The notes beneath the pieces are model-generated. The model did not search any database. It was not told the origin of the DNA and saw only the letters and a program-made list of their open reading frames with translations. The translations under genes were made by a program, and so were the position numbers. From assembly GCA_020059745.1 (NCBI GenBank), contig JAGVBK010000003.1:68492-132491 (forward strand): a DNA stretch of 64,000 bases. Reading direction: 5' to 3'. Numbering within the stretch: position 1 is the stretch's first letter; each line of letters starts with the position of its first letter. This DNA is from Candidatus Shapirobacteria bacterium (GTDB taxonomy: Bacteria; Patescibacteriota; Microgenomatia; UM-FILTER-40-11). This document shows, piece by piece, positions 28,193-37,030 of this stretch.

Positions 28193-29854
28193 GTGAAGAA
28201 AATTATTTTAAGCTTAATTTTTATTTTAGCTCTTGGTTTAAGGGTTTACAGGGTTTCCGACTTTCCTGCTGGTCCTAATCTGGACGAGATTTCCCAGGGA
28301 TATACTGCCTATTCAATCCTAAAAACCGGCAGAGACGAATGGGGGGAATTTTTGCCCTTTTCACCCCGGGCTTTTGGAGATTACAGGGCCCCACTTTACA
28401 CTTACCTTATAATTCCCTCAATTGCCGTTTTTAACTTAAACGAGTTTGCCCTTCGCTTTCCGGCTGCGGTTTTGGGCAGCTTGGCAGTTTTAGTGCTTTA
28501 TTTTCTGGTAAAAGAGCTTTTTGGAGATGAAAAAATTTCACTTGCCGCTTCTTTATTATTGGCAATAAGCCCTTGGCATTTACCCCTTTCCAGGGGAGCT
28601 TTTGAGGCTTCTCTTCATGTTTTCCTTTTTCCTTTAGGAATGTTTCTTTTTTTAAAAGGCCTAAAAAAACATTTTTGGCTTTTCCCCTCGGCCGTTATTT
28701 TTGGCCTAAACCTATTTAGCTATTATGCGCCAAGGCTATTTACGCCTTTAGCGGTTTTGTTACTGGTTTATTTTTTTAGGAAAGAATTTTTTAAGAAAAA
28801 AGCAAACTTGGGTTTTATCTTTGTTTTTGGAACACTGTCTTTATTTGCCTTCTTTGCACTTTTAGTTGGCGGAACCAGGGTCTCTGACACCAGTCTTTTA
28901 AGCCCGACCGACAAATGGCAGTGGGTGGCAAACAGACAGTACGAGGCAGCTTGGAATGGTCTTTCTCCACTGGTAGAAAAAGCTTTTAATAATAAGGTTT
29001 CTTTTCTTTCAACTGTTTTTTATAAACAATATTTAGATTATTTTTCTCTAAGCTTTCTTTTTAGCCGCGGGCCGGCTGAAGCTACTTACGGCATGATTCC
29101 CGGACGCGGGGTTCTTTATCTTTTTGAACTGCCTTTGGTTTTTTATGGCATTTACCTTCTTATCAAAAGTAAGGAAAAAAAACAGGGTGTTTTGGTTTTA
29201 GCTTTGCTTTTAATTTCTCCTCTTTCAGCTGCTTTGGCAAAAGGAGAAAGAGCGGCAAATAGGGCTGTTACCATGCTGCCTCTTTGGCAGATAGTCTCAG
29301 CCGCAGGGGCCTTAGGGGTTTTGCAGTACTTTCAAAAATATGTTTCAAAAAAACTTTTGATATTTTTATTTGTTGCTTTTTCTTTTGTCTCTCTTGCCTT
29401 TTTCCTTGAAGACTATTTTTATCACGCTCCGGTGGTAAATGCTCCCAGTATGTCTTATGGCTGGAAGGAGGCGAGCGGCTATCTTTTAAAAGAAAGCAAA
29501 AACTATGACAAAATAATTGTCAGCAGAAAACTTTCGGAACCCCAGATTGCGGTTGCCTATTTTTTGAAAATGGAGCCTAAGACAGTGCAGCAATATTCAC
29601 CGGAATGGCTGGAATATGAGCAAAAAGGCCTTCTTTTTGTGGATCAATTGCAAAAATACAATCTTGACAAGTTTGAATTTAGAGATTTTCATTTTCCGGA
29701 AGACCAGAAATTGCCAAACACCCTTTTTGTTGGTAAACTTGAAGACTTTGCCGGGGTAAAAGGTGAAATTAAAAAGAAGGTTTATTATCCGGGGCCTGAC
29801 CAAAGGATTGCTTTAATAATTATGAGTTTTGAAAATGAAGAAGGCAGTAATTAA
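28193..29854 (+). CDS. ArnT/PMT-family GT-C glycosyltransferase; array paralog 4.
   Basis: Starts with GTG in the ORF track. Contains NLDEISQGYTAYSILKTGRDEWGEFLP, FNLNEFALRFPAA and SPWHLPLSR. The C-terminal domain has MSYGWKE. Confidence 0.8.
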   Translation: MKKIILSLIFILALGLRVYRVSDFPAGPNLDEISQGYTAYSILKTGRDEWGEFLPFSPRAFGDYRAPLYTYLIIPSIAVFNLNEFALRFPAAVLGSLAVLVLYFLVKELFGDEKISLAASLLLAISPWHLPLSRGAFEASLHVFLFPLGMFLFLKGLKKHFWLFPSAVIFGLNLFSYYAPRLFTPLAVLLLVYFFRKEFFKKKANLGFIFVFGTLSLFAFFALLVGGTRVSDTSLLSPTDKWQWVANRQYEAAWNGLSPLVEKAFNNKVSFLSTVFYKQYLDYFSLSFLFSRGPAEATYGMIPGRGVLYLFELPLVFYGIYLLIKSKEKKQGVLVLALLLISPLSAALAKGERAANRAVTMLPLWQIVSAAGALGVLQYFQKYVSKKLLIFLFVAFSFVSLAFFLEDYFYHAPVVNAPSMSYGWKEASGYLLKESKNYDKIIVSRKLSEPQIAVAYFLKMEPKTVQQYSPEWLEYEQKGLLFVDQLQKYNLDKFEFRDFHFPEDQKLPNTLFVGKLEDFAGVKGEIKKKVYYPGPDQRIALIIMSFENEEGSN

Positions 29855-31475
29855 ACAAATAGGGTTAGTTTTATTGGTAGCTTTTTCTCTTTTTCTCAGG
29901 CTCTATAAAATATCAAGCTTGCCGCCTTCTCTTAATTGGGACGAGGTTTCTCACGGATTTAATGCTTTTTCAGTTTTAGAAACCGGAAAAGATGAATGGG
30001 GCCAAAGTTTTCCCTTAATTTTTCGAGCCTATGGCGACTATAAGCTTCCTTTATATATATATTTAACCTCTCTTTCAATAAAATTCTTCGGCTTAAACAT
30101 TTTTTCGGTTCGGCTTGTTTCCGCTTTGGCGGGAACAGGATTGGTGCTGGTTTCATATCTGATTGCTTTAAAGATTACAAAAAGCAAAAGCCTTTCCTTT
30201 TTTGCCGCTTTTTTAACAGCCGTTTCTCCTTGGAGTCTTTTTGTTTCAAGGGCCGGTCTTGAGGCAAACCTTGCCGCTTTTTTGTTTGCTTTGGGGGTTT
30301 ACTTTTTAATCAATTTTTTAGATAAAAGTGATTACAAAAAACTTTCTTATACCGCGTTTTTCTGGGGGCTTTCAGTTTATGCTTATAATTCTGCCAGGGT
30401 TTTAGTGCCTTTATTTGTGCTTTTTTGCCTGCTTCTTTTTATAAAGACCAAAGTAAGTTTTAGACATATTAAGTTGGGATTGATTGTTTTGTCTATTTTT
30501 TCCCTGCCGGTATTCGGTCAAATTTTTAATAAAACCGGGCAGGCCAGATTTAATCTTGTGGCCATTAACGACGAGGGCGCGGTGGCAAAAATTATTGAAC
30601 AAAGGCAAAACTCTAAGCTTGGTCCTTTTGTGACAAGGCTAATCTATAACCGGCCGGTAAATTTTTTACATACTGCTTTTAAAAATTACATTAGCAATCT
30701 TTCTCCTAGGTATCTCTTTTTAAGAGGGGGGAGCCATTACCAGTTTTCCATGCCCGACCATGAGCTTCTTTATCTGGTAATTTCTCCCTTTCTTCTCTTT
30801 GGCTTAGGCAGGTGTCTTTTCTCTAAAGAGGCAAAAGTTAAGCTGCTTTTTTTCTGGTTTTTAGCTGCTTTTATTCCCTCGGCAATAACCAAAGACGCAC
30901 CTCATGTTTTAAGAAGTATTTTGATTTTGCCGGCGCCAATGATAATAAGCGCATATGGGGTGGGAGGGATAACAGAAAGAATAAAAGGGAGGTCTTTGTT
31001 TAAAGGCCAGCTTCTTCTTTGGGTTTTAATTTTTGCTGTTTTAGTAAGTTTTGTCCACTGGTGGCAGGACTATTTTAATATTTATCCTAAAGCTTATTCT
31101 TGGGCTTGGCAATATGGTTACAAAGAGGCGGTTTTGTTTATGAAAGAAAACTACCAAAACTATGACAAAATTTTTGTAACCAAAAGGCATGGAGAGCCTC
31201 ACGAGTTTGTATTGTTTTATTTTGGCTGGAACCCACAGGATTATCAGAATGATCCTTTAAAAAAGTGGGATTACCATGCCGGTTGGTATTGGGTTGACGG
31301 TTTTGATAAATTTGTTTTTCTTAACGACTGGGAAGTTTCCGTTAAGGCAGCTTGCCCCAAAGCAGAAAAATGCCTGCTTGTTACCAGCCCCGGGAATCAT
31401 TCAAACGGTTGGTCAAAACAAAGTGAAGTAAAATTTTTGGACGGAAAAACAGCTTTTGAAATATTAGAAAAATGA
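29829..31475 (+). CDS. ArnT/PMT-family GT-C glycosyltransferase; array paralog 5.
   Basis: Contains NWDEVSHGFNAFSVLETGKDEWGQSFP and SPWSLFVSR. The C-terminal domain has WQYGYKE. It overlaps the upstream gene by 26 nt. Confidence 0.8.
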   Translation: MKMKKAVIKQIGLVLLVAFSLFLRLYKISSLPPSLNWDEVSHGFNAFSVLETGKDEWGQSFPLIFRAYGDYKLPLYIYLTSLSIKFFGLNIFSVRLVSALAGTGLVLVSYLIALKITKSKSLSFFAAFLTAVSPWSLFVSRAGLEANLAAFLFALGVYFLINFLDKSDYKKLSYTAFFWGLSVYAYNSARVLVPLFVLFCLLLFIKTKVSFRHIKLGLIVLSIFSLPVFGQIFNKTGQARFNLVAINDEGAVAKIIEQRQNSKLGPFVTRLIYNRPVNFLHTAFKNYISNLSPRYLFLRGGSHYQFSMPDHELLYLVISPFLLFGLGRCLFSKEAKVKLLFFWFLAAFIPSAITKDAPHVLRSILILPAPMIISAYGVGGITERIKGRSLFKGQLLLWVLIFAVLVSFVHWWQDYFNIYPKAYSWAWQYGYKEAVLFMKENYQNYDKIFVTKRHGEPHEFVLFYFGWNPQDYQNDPLKKWDYHAGWYWVDGFDKFVFLNDWEVSVKAACPKAEKCLLVTSPGNHSNGWSKQSEVKFLDGKTAFEILEK

Positions 31476-33124
31476 AGTTGATAAAAAAATATTTATTTGT
31501 GGCAGTATTTTTGCTTGCCTTGTTTCTGAGGCTTTATAAACTGGGGGAGTTCCCAGTAGGTTTTTTGTGGGATGAGGCTGCTTTGGGTTATAATGCCTAC
31601 TCAATCTTAAAAACCGGCCGCGACGAATATGGGAAAGCCCTGCCCTTAATTTTTAAATCTTTTGGTGATCATAAGCCTGGTTTTTATATTTATTTGACAG
31701 TTCCCTCAGTGGCGGTTTTTGGTCTTAATGAGTTTGCCGTCAGGTTTCCTTCGGCGATTTTTGGCAGTTTGTCTGTTTTGTTTATTTACCTTCTTTTAAA
31801 AGAAAGAAACTTAAGAGTTGCTCTTTTTGCCTCGGCTGCCCTGGCTGTTTCGCCTTGGCATTTTTCTTTTTCCCGCGGCGCTTGGGAACTTAATGTGATG
31901 ACTTTTGAAATTCTCGGAGGCCTATATTTTTTAACCAAGTATTTAACTTTAAAAAAGGTTTTTCATTTGTACCTTTCTGCGCTTTTTTGGGTTATTACGC
32001 TTTTTACCTATCAGTCAGCCAAAGCCTTGGTTCCGGCGCTTTTATTTGGTTTTGTTTTCTTTTTTCGCAGAGAGCTTAAAGGAATTTCCCTTAAGCCAAA
32101 ATTCGTGTTTGCTGCTCTTTTTTTAGCTTCTTTTTTATTTTTTAACTTTCTCACGGCTACCGGTGGACGCTCAGGCAGAATTAAAGTGATGAGCGTTTTT
32201 TCTTACCCCCGTTCGCAGGAGGAAACCCAGGCGATTTTAGAACAAGATGAGGGAGACCGGGTAAGTTGGAAACTCTTTCATAATTCTTTGGTGTTTTTTA
32301 GCCGCGGTGTCTTGGGGCGATACTTAAACCACTTTTCAGGGAATTTCCTATTTTTTTCAGGGGATTGGTCTAATCCCAGAAATGGGGTTGTTTACCACGG
32401 CGTTTTATATCTTCCTGACCTGATTTTTGTAATTGCAGGGCTAGGGATACTTTTCAGCCGTAAAAGAGCACCTTCAGAAAACTTAATGCTTTACTGGTTG
32501 CTCCTGGCACCGCTTCCTTCTGCCGTAACCCGGGATATTATTTCCTCAGTCAGGTCTTTTACCATGGTTATTCCTTTTGTTTTCCTTATTGCCACGGGAA
32601 TGGACGGAATTCTCAATTTGCTTTCTAAAAAAAGATTTAAGATTGCAGGAGCAGTTACTTTTCTTTTAATTTACACTGTATTTTTTGTTCGTTTTCTGGA
32701 TCTTTATTTTATTCACGATCCAGAAATTAATGCCCAAGACCGCCTTTACGGGTACAAAGAAATGGTGGAATACATAAACCCGAGGGTACATACAAAAAAC
32801 AAAGTGGTGGTTACTTCAAAATACGGCCAACCCTACATTTTTTATCTTTTTTACACGAAATACGACCCGTCTTTATATCAAAAACAAGCCAGCCTTAAGG
32901 AAAGCGAAGTGGGTGATGTCGGCGAGGTTGAGAGAATTGACAACATTGAGTTTCGTAAAGTTTATTGGCCGGACGACCGGGGAAAAGAAAATTCGCTTTT
33001 TGTTGACGACGAATTTGGTTTGCCTATGCATGACCTTTTAGGGGAGGAAGAAAAGCATGTTATTCTTAAAGAAATAAAATACCCAAACCAAAAAGTAGCT
33101 TTTAGAATAGTGGAAACAAAATAA
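31472..33124 (+). CDS. ArnT/PMT-family GT-C glycosyltransferase; array paralog 6.
   Basis: Contains LWDEAALGYNAYSILKTGRDEYGKALP, FGLNEFAVRFPSA and SPWHFSFSR. The C-terminal domain has LYGYKE. Confidence 0.8.
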   Translation: MKLIKKYLFVAVFLLALFLRLYKLGEFPVGFLWDEAALGYNAYSILKTGRDEYGKALPLIFKSFGDHKPGFYIYLTVPSVAVFGLNEFAVRFPSAIFGSLSVLFIYLLLKERNLRVALFASAALAVSPWHFSFSRGAWELNVMTFEILGGLYFLTKYLTLKKVFHLYLSALFWVITLFTYQSAKALVPALLFGFVFFFRRELKGISLKPKFVFAALFLASFLFFNFLTATGGRSGRIKVMSVFSYPRSQEETQAILEQDEGDRVSWKLFHNSLVFFSRGVLGRYLNHFSGNFLFFSGDWSNPRNGVVYHGVLYLPDLIFVIAGLGILFSRKRAPSENLMLYWLLLAPLPSAVTRDIISSVRSFTMVIPFVFLIATGMDGILNLLSKKRFKIAGAVTFLLIYTVFFVRFLDLYFIHDPEINAQDRLYGYKEMVEYINPRVHTKNKVVVTSKYGQPYIFYLFYTKYDPSLYQKQASLKESEVGDVGEVERIDNIEFRKVYWPDDRGKENSLFVDDEFGLPMHDLLGEEEKHVILKEIKYPNQKVAFRIVETK

Positions 33125-34758
33125 TGATAAAAACAAAATCAGGAAAGATTATTCTTGTTTTGATATTTTTTTTAACTCTATTTTTAAGAACTTTCAAACT
33201 CAATGAGTTTCCGACTGGTCTTAATGCAGACGAGGCTGCTATTGGTTACAATGCCTACAGTTTAATTCAAACAGGCAAAGATGAGTTTGGCCATGCCTGG
33301 CCTGTTAATTTTCAGTCTTTTAATGACTTTAAGCCTGGTTTGTATTTTTATTTGGTTTTGCCGTTTGTAAAAGCTTTAGGACTTAATGAGTGGGCGGTTA
33401 GGCTTCCCTCAGCTTTGATGGGAACTTTAACAGTTGTTGTTTTGTATTTCTTGCTGAAAGAATTTTTTTCCAAAGAAGCAGCCTTGGTTTCAGCGCTGCT
33501 TTTATCTTTGAGCCCCTGGCATCTTCATTTTTCCCGGGGCGGTTGGGAAACAAACGCCGCTACTTTTTTCATTGTTTTGGGAATTTGGCTTTTTGTCAAA
33601 GCTTTTAAAAAGCCCGGTTTCTTTGTTCTTAGTGTTCTTTGTTTTGGACTTTCAATGCTTGCCTACCACAGTGCCAGAGTAGTGGCGCCGCTTTTGGGAT
33701 TGGGCCTGGTTTTTATGAATTTTTCCCAGGTTTTTGCAAAGAAAAACTTTAAATGGCTTTTGGCGAGTTTCTTTGTCGGCATTGTTTTTTTAATCCTTTT
33801 GGCCTCTTCTTTTCTAGGCGAAGCAGGAGCTTCGAGGTTTTCAGGAGTCGGCATTTTTGCCGACCAAGGGCCGCTCTGGCGGGTGAATGAGCTTAGAGGA
33901 CAGCACCCTGATCCTTTTTCCACTTTTTCAAAGTTAGCACACAACAAGTTTGTGGAATATTCTTTTCGCTTTGTTGACAATTGGCTGCGCCACTTTAGCG
34001 GTAATTTTCTATTTATTTCCGGTGACGAAATCCAAAGAAACAGAGTTCCGGAAATGGGCCAGTTTCTTTTAATTGAACTGCCGTTTTTAGTTTTTGGCTT
34101 TTACTTTTTATTAAGAAACAAACCAAAATTTTGGCTGTTTTTTCTTGGGTGGGTTGCCGTTGCTCCCATTGCTTCGGCTTTAACATTTCAGTCTCCCCAT
34201 GCCATAAGAGCCTTGAATATGGTAATACCATTGATTGTTTTAGCCGGGTACGGAATAACTCAATCATTTTTATGGTTGAAAAGTAAAACAAAACTGTATG
34301 GGGCATTAAGTATTATGTATTTGGTATTTTTTGTCTGGAATTTTAGTTTTTATTTACATCAGTACTATGTCCATTATCATAAAACCTATCCGGCAGCCTG
34401 GGAGGATGGCTTTAGAGAACTGGCTGGATATGTTTCTGGTAGAAAGGATGACTTTGAAAGAATTTATATCACCAACAAATATGACCAGCCTTATATTTTG
34501 ATGGCCTTTTATTTAAAATACCCGCCGGAAAAATTCCAAGAGCAAGCAGTGCTGACACCAAGGGACCAATTTGGCTTTTCTACCGTTGACCGCTTTGATA
34601 AGTTTTACTTTGGCCCAATCGATTATGAAAGCCTAAGCGGGCAAGAAAACATTATGATTATCGGTTCTTCCGGAGAGATACCCGATTCTGCTACAATAGC
34701 CAAGAGAATTTACTTTAGAGACGGAAAGACAGAGGCGTTTAGGATAGTTGAATATTGA
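33124..34758 (+). CDS. ArnT/PMT-family GT-C glycosyltransferase; array paralog 7.
   Basis: Contains NADEAAIGYNAYSLIQTGKDEFGHAWP, LGLNEWAVRLPSA and SPWHLHFSR. The C-terminal domain has WEDGFRE. Confidence 0.8.
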   Translation: MIKTKSGKIILVLIFFLTLFLRTFKLNEFPTGLNADEAAIGYNAYSLIQTGKDEFGHAWPVNFQSFNDFKPGLYFYLVLPFVKALGLNEWAVRLPSALMGTLTVVVLYFLLKEFFSKEAALVSALLLSLSPWHLHFSRGGWETNAATFFIVLGIWLFVKAFKKPGFFVLSVLCFGLSMLAYHSARVVAPLLGLGLVFMNFSQVFAKKNFKWLLASFFVGIVFLILLASSFLGEAGASRFSGVGIFADQGPLWRVNELRGQHPDPFSTFSKLAHNKFVEYSFRFVDNWLRHFSGNFLFISGDEIQRNRVPEMGQFLLIELPFLVFGFYFLLRNKPKFWLFFLGWVAVAPIASALTFQSPHAIRALNMVIPLIVLAGYGITQSFLWLKSKTKLYGALSIMYLVFFVWNFSFYLHQYYVHYHKTYPAAWEDGFRELAGYVSGRKDDFERIYITNKYDQPYILMAFYLKYPPEKFQEQAVLTPRDQFGFSTVDRFDKFYFGPIDYESLSGQENIMIIGSSGEIPDSATIAKRIYFRDGKTEAFRIVEY

Positions 34759-35190
34759 ACCATGAACAATGAATGCTGAACCATGAATATTGAAACATGA
34801 ACAAGATTTTGAATTTTTACGACCTAGATGCATGGAAAGAGGGACGCAAATTAGTATTAATGAATTATAAATTAACGGAAAATTTTCCAGAAAAAGAAAA
34901 ATTTTGTCTGGTTTCACAAATGAACAGAGTGGCAATTTCAATAACTTCTAATATTGCAGAGGGATTTACGAGAATGGGGGTTAAAGATAAAACTAATTTT
35001 TATTATATGGCGAAAGCTTCTTTAACTGAATTACAAAATCAGTTTATCTTGGCTAAGGAGTTATCTTATGTCACTCCGAATGAATTTAATGAAACATGGC
35101 TGCAGACAGTTATAGTTCACAAATTAATAACAGGGATAATCAAAGGTGTTAATAATTTACATGGTTCATAGTTCATGATTCATAATTCAA
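34748..35190. mobile_element. Putative small cassette: the IVS-protein gene bounded by inverted heptanucleotide repeat arrays.
   Basis: The left arm at 34748-34804 has 8 units of NTGAANN at exact 7-nt spacing, spanning the upstream stop and the IVS start. The right arm at 35158-35190 has 4-5 units of the reverse complement TTCANNN, spanning the IVS stop and the downstream start. Confidence 0.3.
34797..35171 (+). CDS. Four-helix-bundle protein of the 23S rRNA intervening-sequence (IVS) protein family.
   Basis: 124 aa, all helical. The hallmark SNIAEGF motif is present, in the typical KF.IA.GS..E-like context. It is flanked by inverted heptamer arrays. Confidence 0.7.
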   Translation: MNKILNFYDLDAWKEGRKLVLMNYKLTENFPEKEKFCLVSQMNRVAISITSNIAEGFTRMGVKDKTNFYYMAKASLTELQNQFILAKELSYVTPNEFNETWLQTVIVHKLITGIIKGVNNLHGS

Positions 35191-36008
35191 AGCCCGAGCT
35201 TTCTGTTGCCTTGGCTACCTATAATGAGGAGCGTATTTTGACAGAATGCCTCTCAAGCATTAAGTCTATAGCTGACGAAATTGTGGTTGTTGACGGTTCT
35301 TCTCAGGATAAAACAGTAGAAATTGCCCGGTCTTTTGGGGCGAAAGTAATAGTTGAAGACAATAAGCCTATTTTTCATATTAACAAACAAATTGCGATTG
35401 ACGAATGCCGCGGAGACTGGATTTTGCAGCTTGATGCTGATGAAATTGTTACTCCTGAACTGGCCAGAGAGATAGAAAAAATTGTTAAGGCTTCTGATAA
35501 TCGATCACTGATGGCCGATAACCAACCCGTTGCTTTTTACATTAAAAGAAAAAAAATGTTTTTGGGAAGATTTATAAAAAAGGGCGGCCAATATCCTGAT
35601 CCGGTGATCAGGCTTTTTAAAAAAGGAAAGGCTTTTTTGCCTTGTAAAAGCGTTCATGAGCAGATGCAGGTAAACGGAGAAACCGGTTGGCTTAAAGAGC
35701 CAATGCTTCATTTGCCAACGCCAAGCTTTAGTGTCTATATTACCAAAGATAACCGCTACTCAACTTTAACTGCAAACGAATTCTATGATAAAAATTTGGC
35801 ACTAAATGCTCAAAGCTTTTTGACTTATGTTTTTGTAAAACCTTTTTTAACTTTCTTTTCTCTTTTTATTAGGCACCGCGGCTTTGAGGATGGCTTTCCC
35901 GGTTTTGTTTTTGCGCTTTTTTCGGGTCTTCACTATGTTTCTGCTTATGTAAAGTATTGGGAAATGAAGAATACAAAAAATAAAGATATTGAAAAAGACT
36001 GGAAATGA
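35175..36008 (+). CDS. Family 2 glycosyltransferase.
   Basis: Contains LSVALATYNEERIL...VVVDGSSQDKT...DADE. It is paralogous to the 2601 and 7286 genes. Confidence 0.8.
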   Translation: MIHNSKPELSVALATYNEERILTECLSSIKSIADEIVVVDGSSQDKTVEIARSFGAKVIVEDNKPIFHINKQIAIDECRGDWILQLDADEIVTPELAREIEKIVKASDNRSLMADNQPVAFYIKRKKMFLGRFIKKGGQYPDPVIRLFKKGKAFLPCKSVHEQMQVNGETGWLKEPMLHLPTPSFSVYITKDNRYSTLTANEFYDKNLALNAQSFLTYVFVKPFLTFFSLFIRHRGFEDGFPGFVFALFSGLHYVSAYVKYWEMKNTKNKDIEKDWK

Positions 36009-37030
36009 TAAGAGTAGGAATTGACCTAACCCCCCTTAATAACCAAAGTAAATATCGGGGCATTGGAAAATATACCCAAAGGCTGATTGCTTCCCTAAGG
36101 AGTGTTAAGGATATTGAGCTTACTTCTTTACCGAACGAAGCCGACATTGTTCATTACCCCTTTTTTGATTTCTTTTTTTTAACACTTCCTTTTGTTAAGC
36201 CTAAAAAAACAGTAGTTACCATTCACGACTGCATTCCCCTTGCTTTTCCCGACCAATACCCGCCAGGAATTAAAGGCAGGGCAAAATTTCTTATTCAAAA
36301 ACAATCTTTAAAAGGAGTAGAGGCGGTTATAACTGATTCTGAAAGCTCAAAAAAAGACATTGTTAAATACCTTGACTACCCAGCTGAAAAAATTTGGGTT
36401 GTTTATCTTGCGGCTGATCCTTGTTTTGGAATAGTGGAAGACAAAAAAGAAAAAGACAAAATTAAAGAAAAATATATGCTTCCGGATAAATTTGTCTTAT
36501 ATGTGGGAGATGTTAACTACAATAAAAACTTAAGCAACCTGATAAAAGCCTACAGCCAGGTAAAAGATAAAGCTGATTTGGTGTTTGTCGGCAAATCTTT
36601 TGAAAATAAAACTTTAAAAGAGGTTAAGGAAATACTTTTTTTAATAAAAGAGCTTAATTTAGAAAAGAAAGTTCATTTTCCGGGGTATATTCCTGACTCT
36701 GATTTAAAAGTTGTTTATAATTTGGCTTCAGTGTATTGCCTTATTTCTTTATATGAAGGATTTGGCCTGGGAGTGCTTGAAGCCATGAGCTGCGGCTGTC
36801 CGGTTGTCGCTAGTAAGCTCTCCAGTCTTCCTGAAGCTGCGGGAGACGCTGCCTTGCTTGTTGACCCTTATTCCAAAGATGAGATAGGTAAAGCAATAGG
36901 AAAATTATTGGGCAGTAAAAAAGAAAGAGAAGAGTATGCTAAAAAAGGCGTAAAAAGAGCTGGTCTTTTTTCCTGGGAAAAAGTTGCCGAGGAAACAGCG
37001 GAGGTTTACAAAAAAGTAGTAAAAAAATGA
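36005..37030 (+). CDS. Family 4 glycosyltransferase with a GT-B fold.
   Basis: The C-terminal region reads FGLGVLEAMSCGCPVVASK. The start overlaps the upstream stop. Confidence 0.75.
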   Translation: MIRVGIDLTPLNNQSKYRGIGKYTQRLIASLRSVKDIELTSLPNEADIVHYPFFDFFFLTLPFVKPKKTVVTIHDCIPLAFPDQYPPGIKGRAKFLIQKQSLKGVEAVITDSESSKKDIVKYLDYPAEKIWVVYLAADPCFGIVEDKKEKDKIKEKYMLPDKFVLYVGDVNYNKNLSNLIKAYSQVKDKADLVFVGKSFENKTLKEVKEILFLIKELNLEKKVHFPGYIPDSDLKVVYNLASVYCLISLYEGFGLGVLEAMSCGCPVVASKLSSLPEAAGDAALLVDPYSKDEIGKAIGKLLGSKKEREEYAKKGVKRAGLFSWEKVAEETAEVYKKVVKK

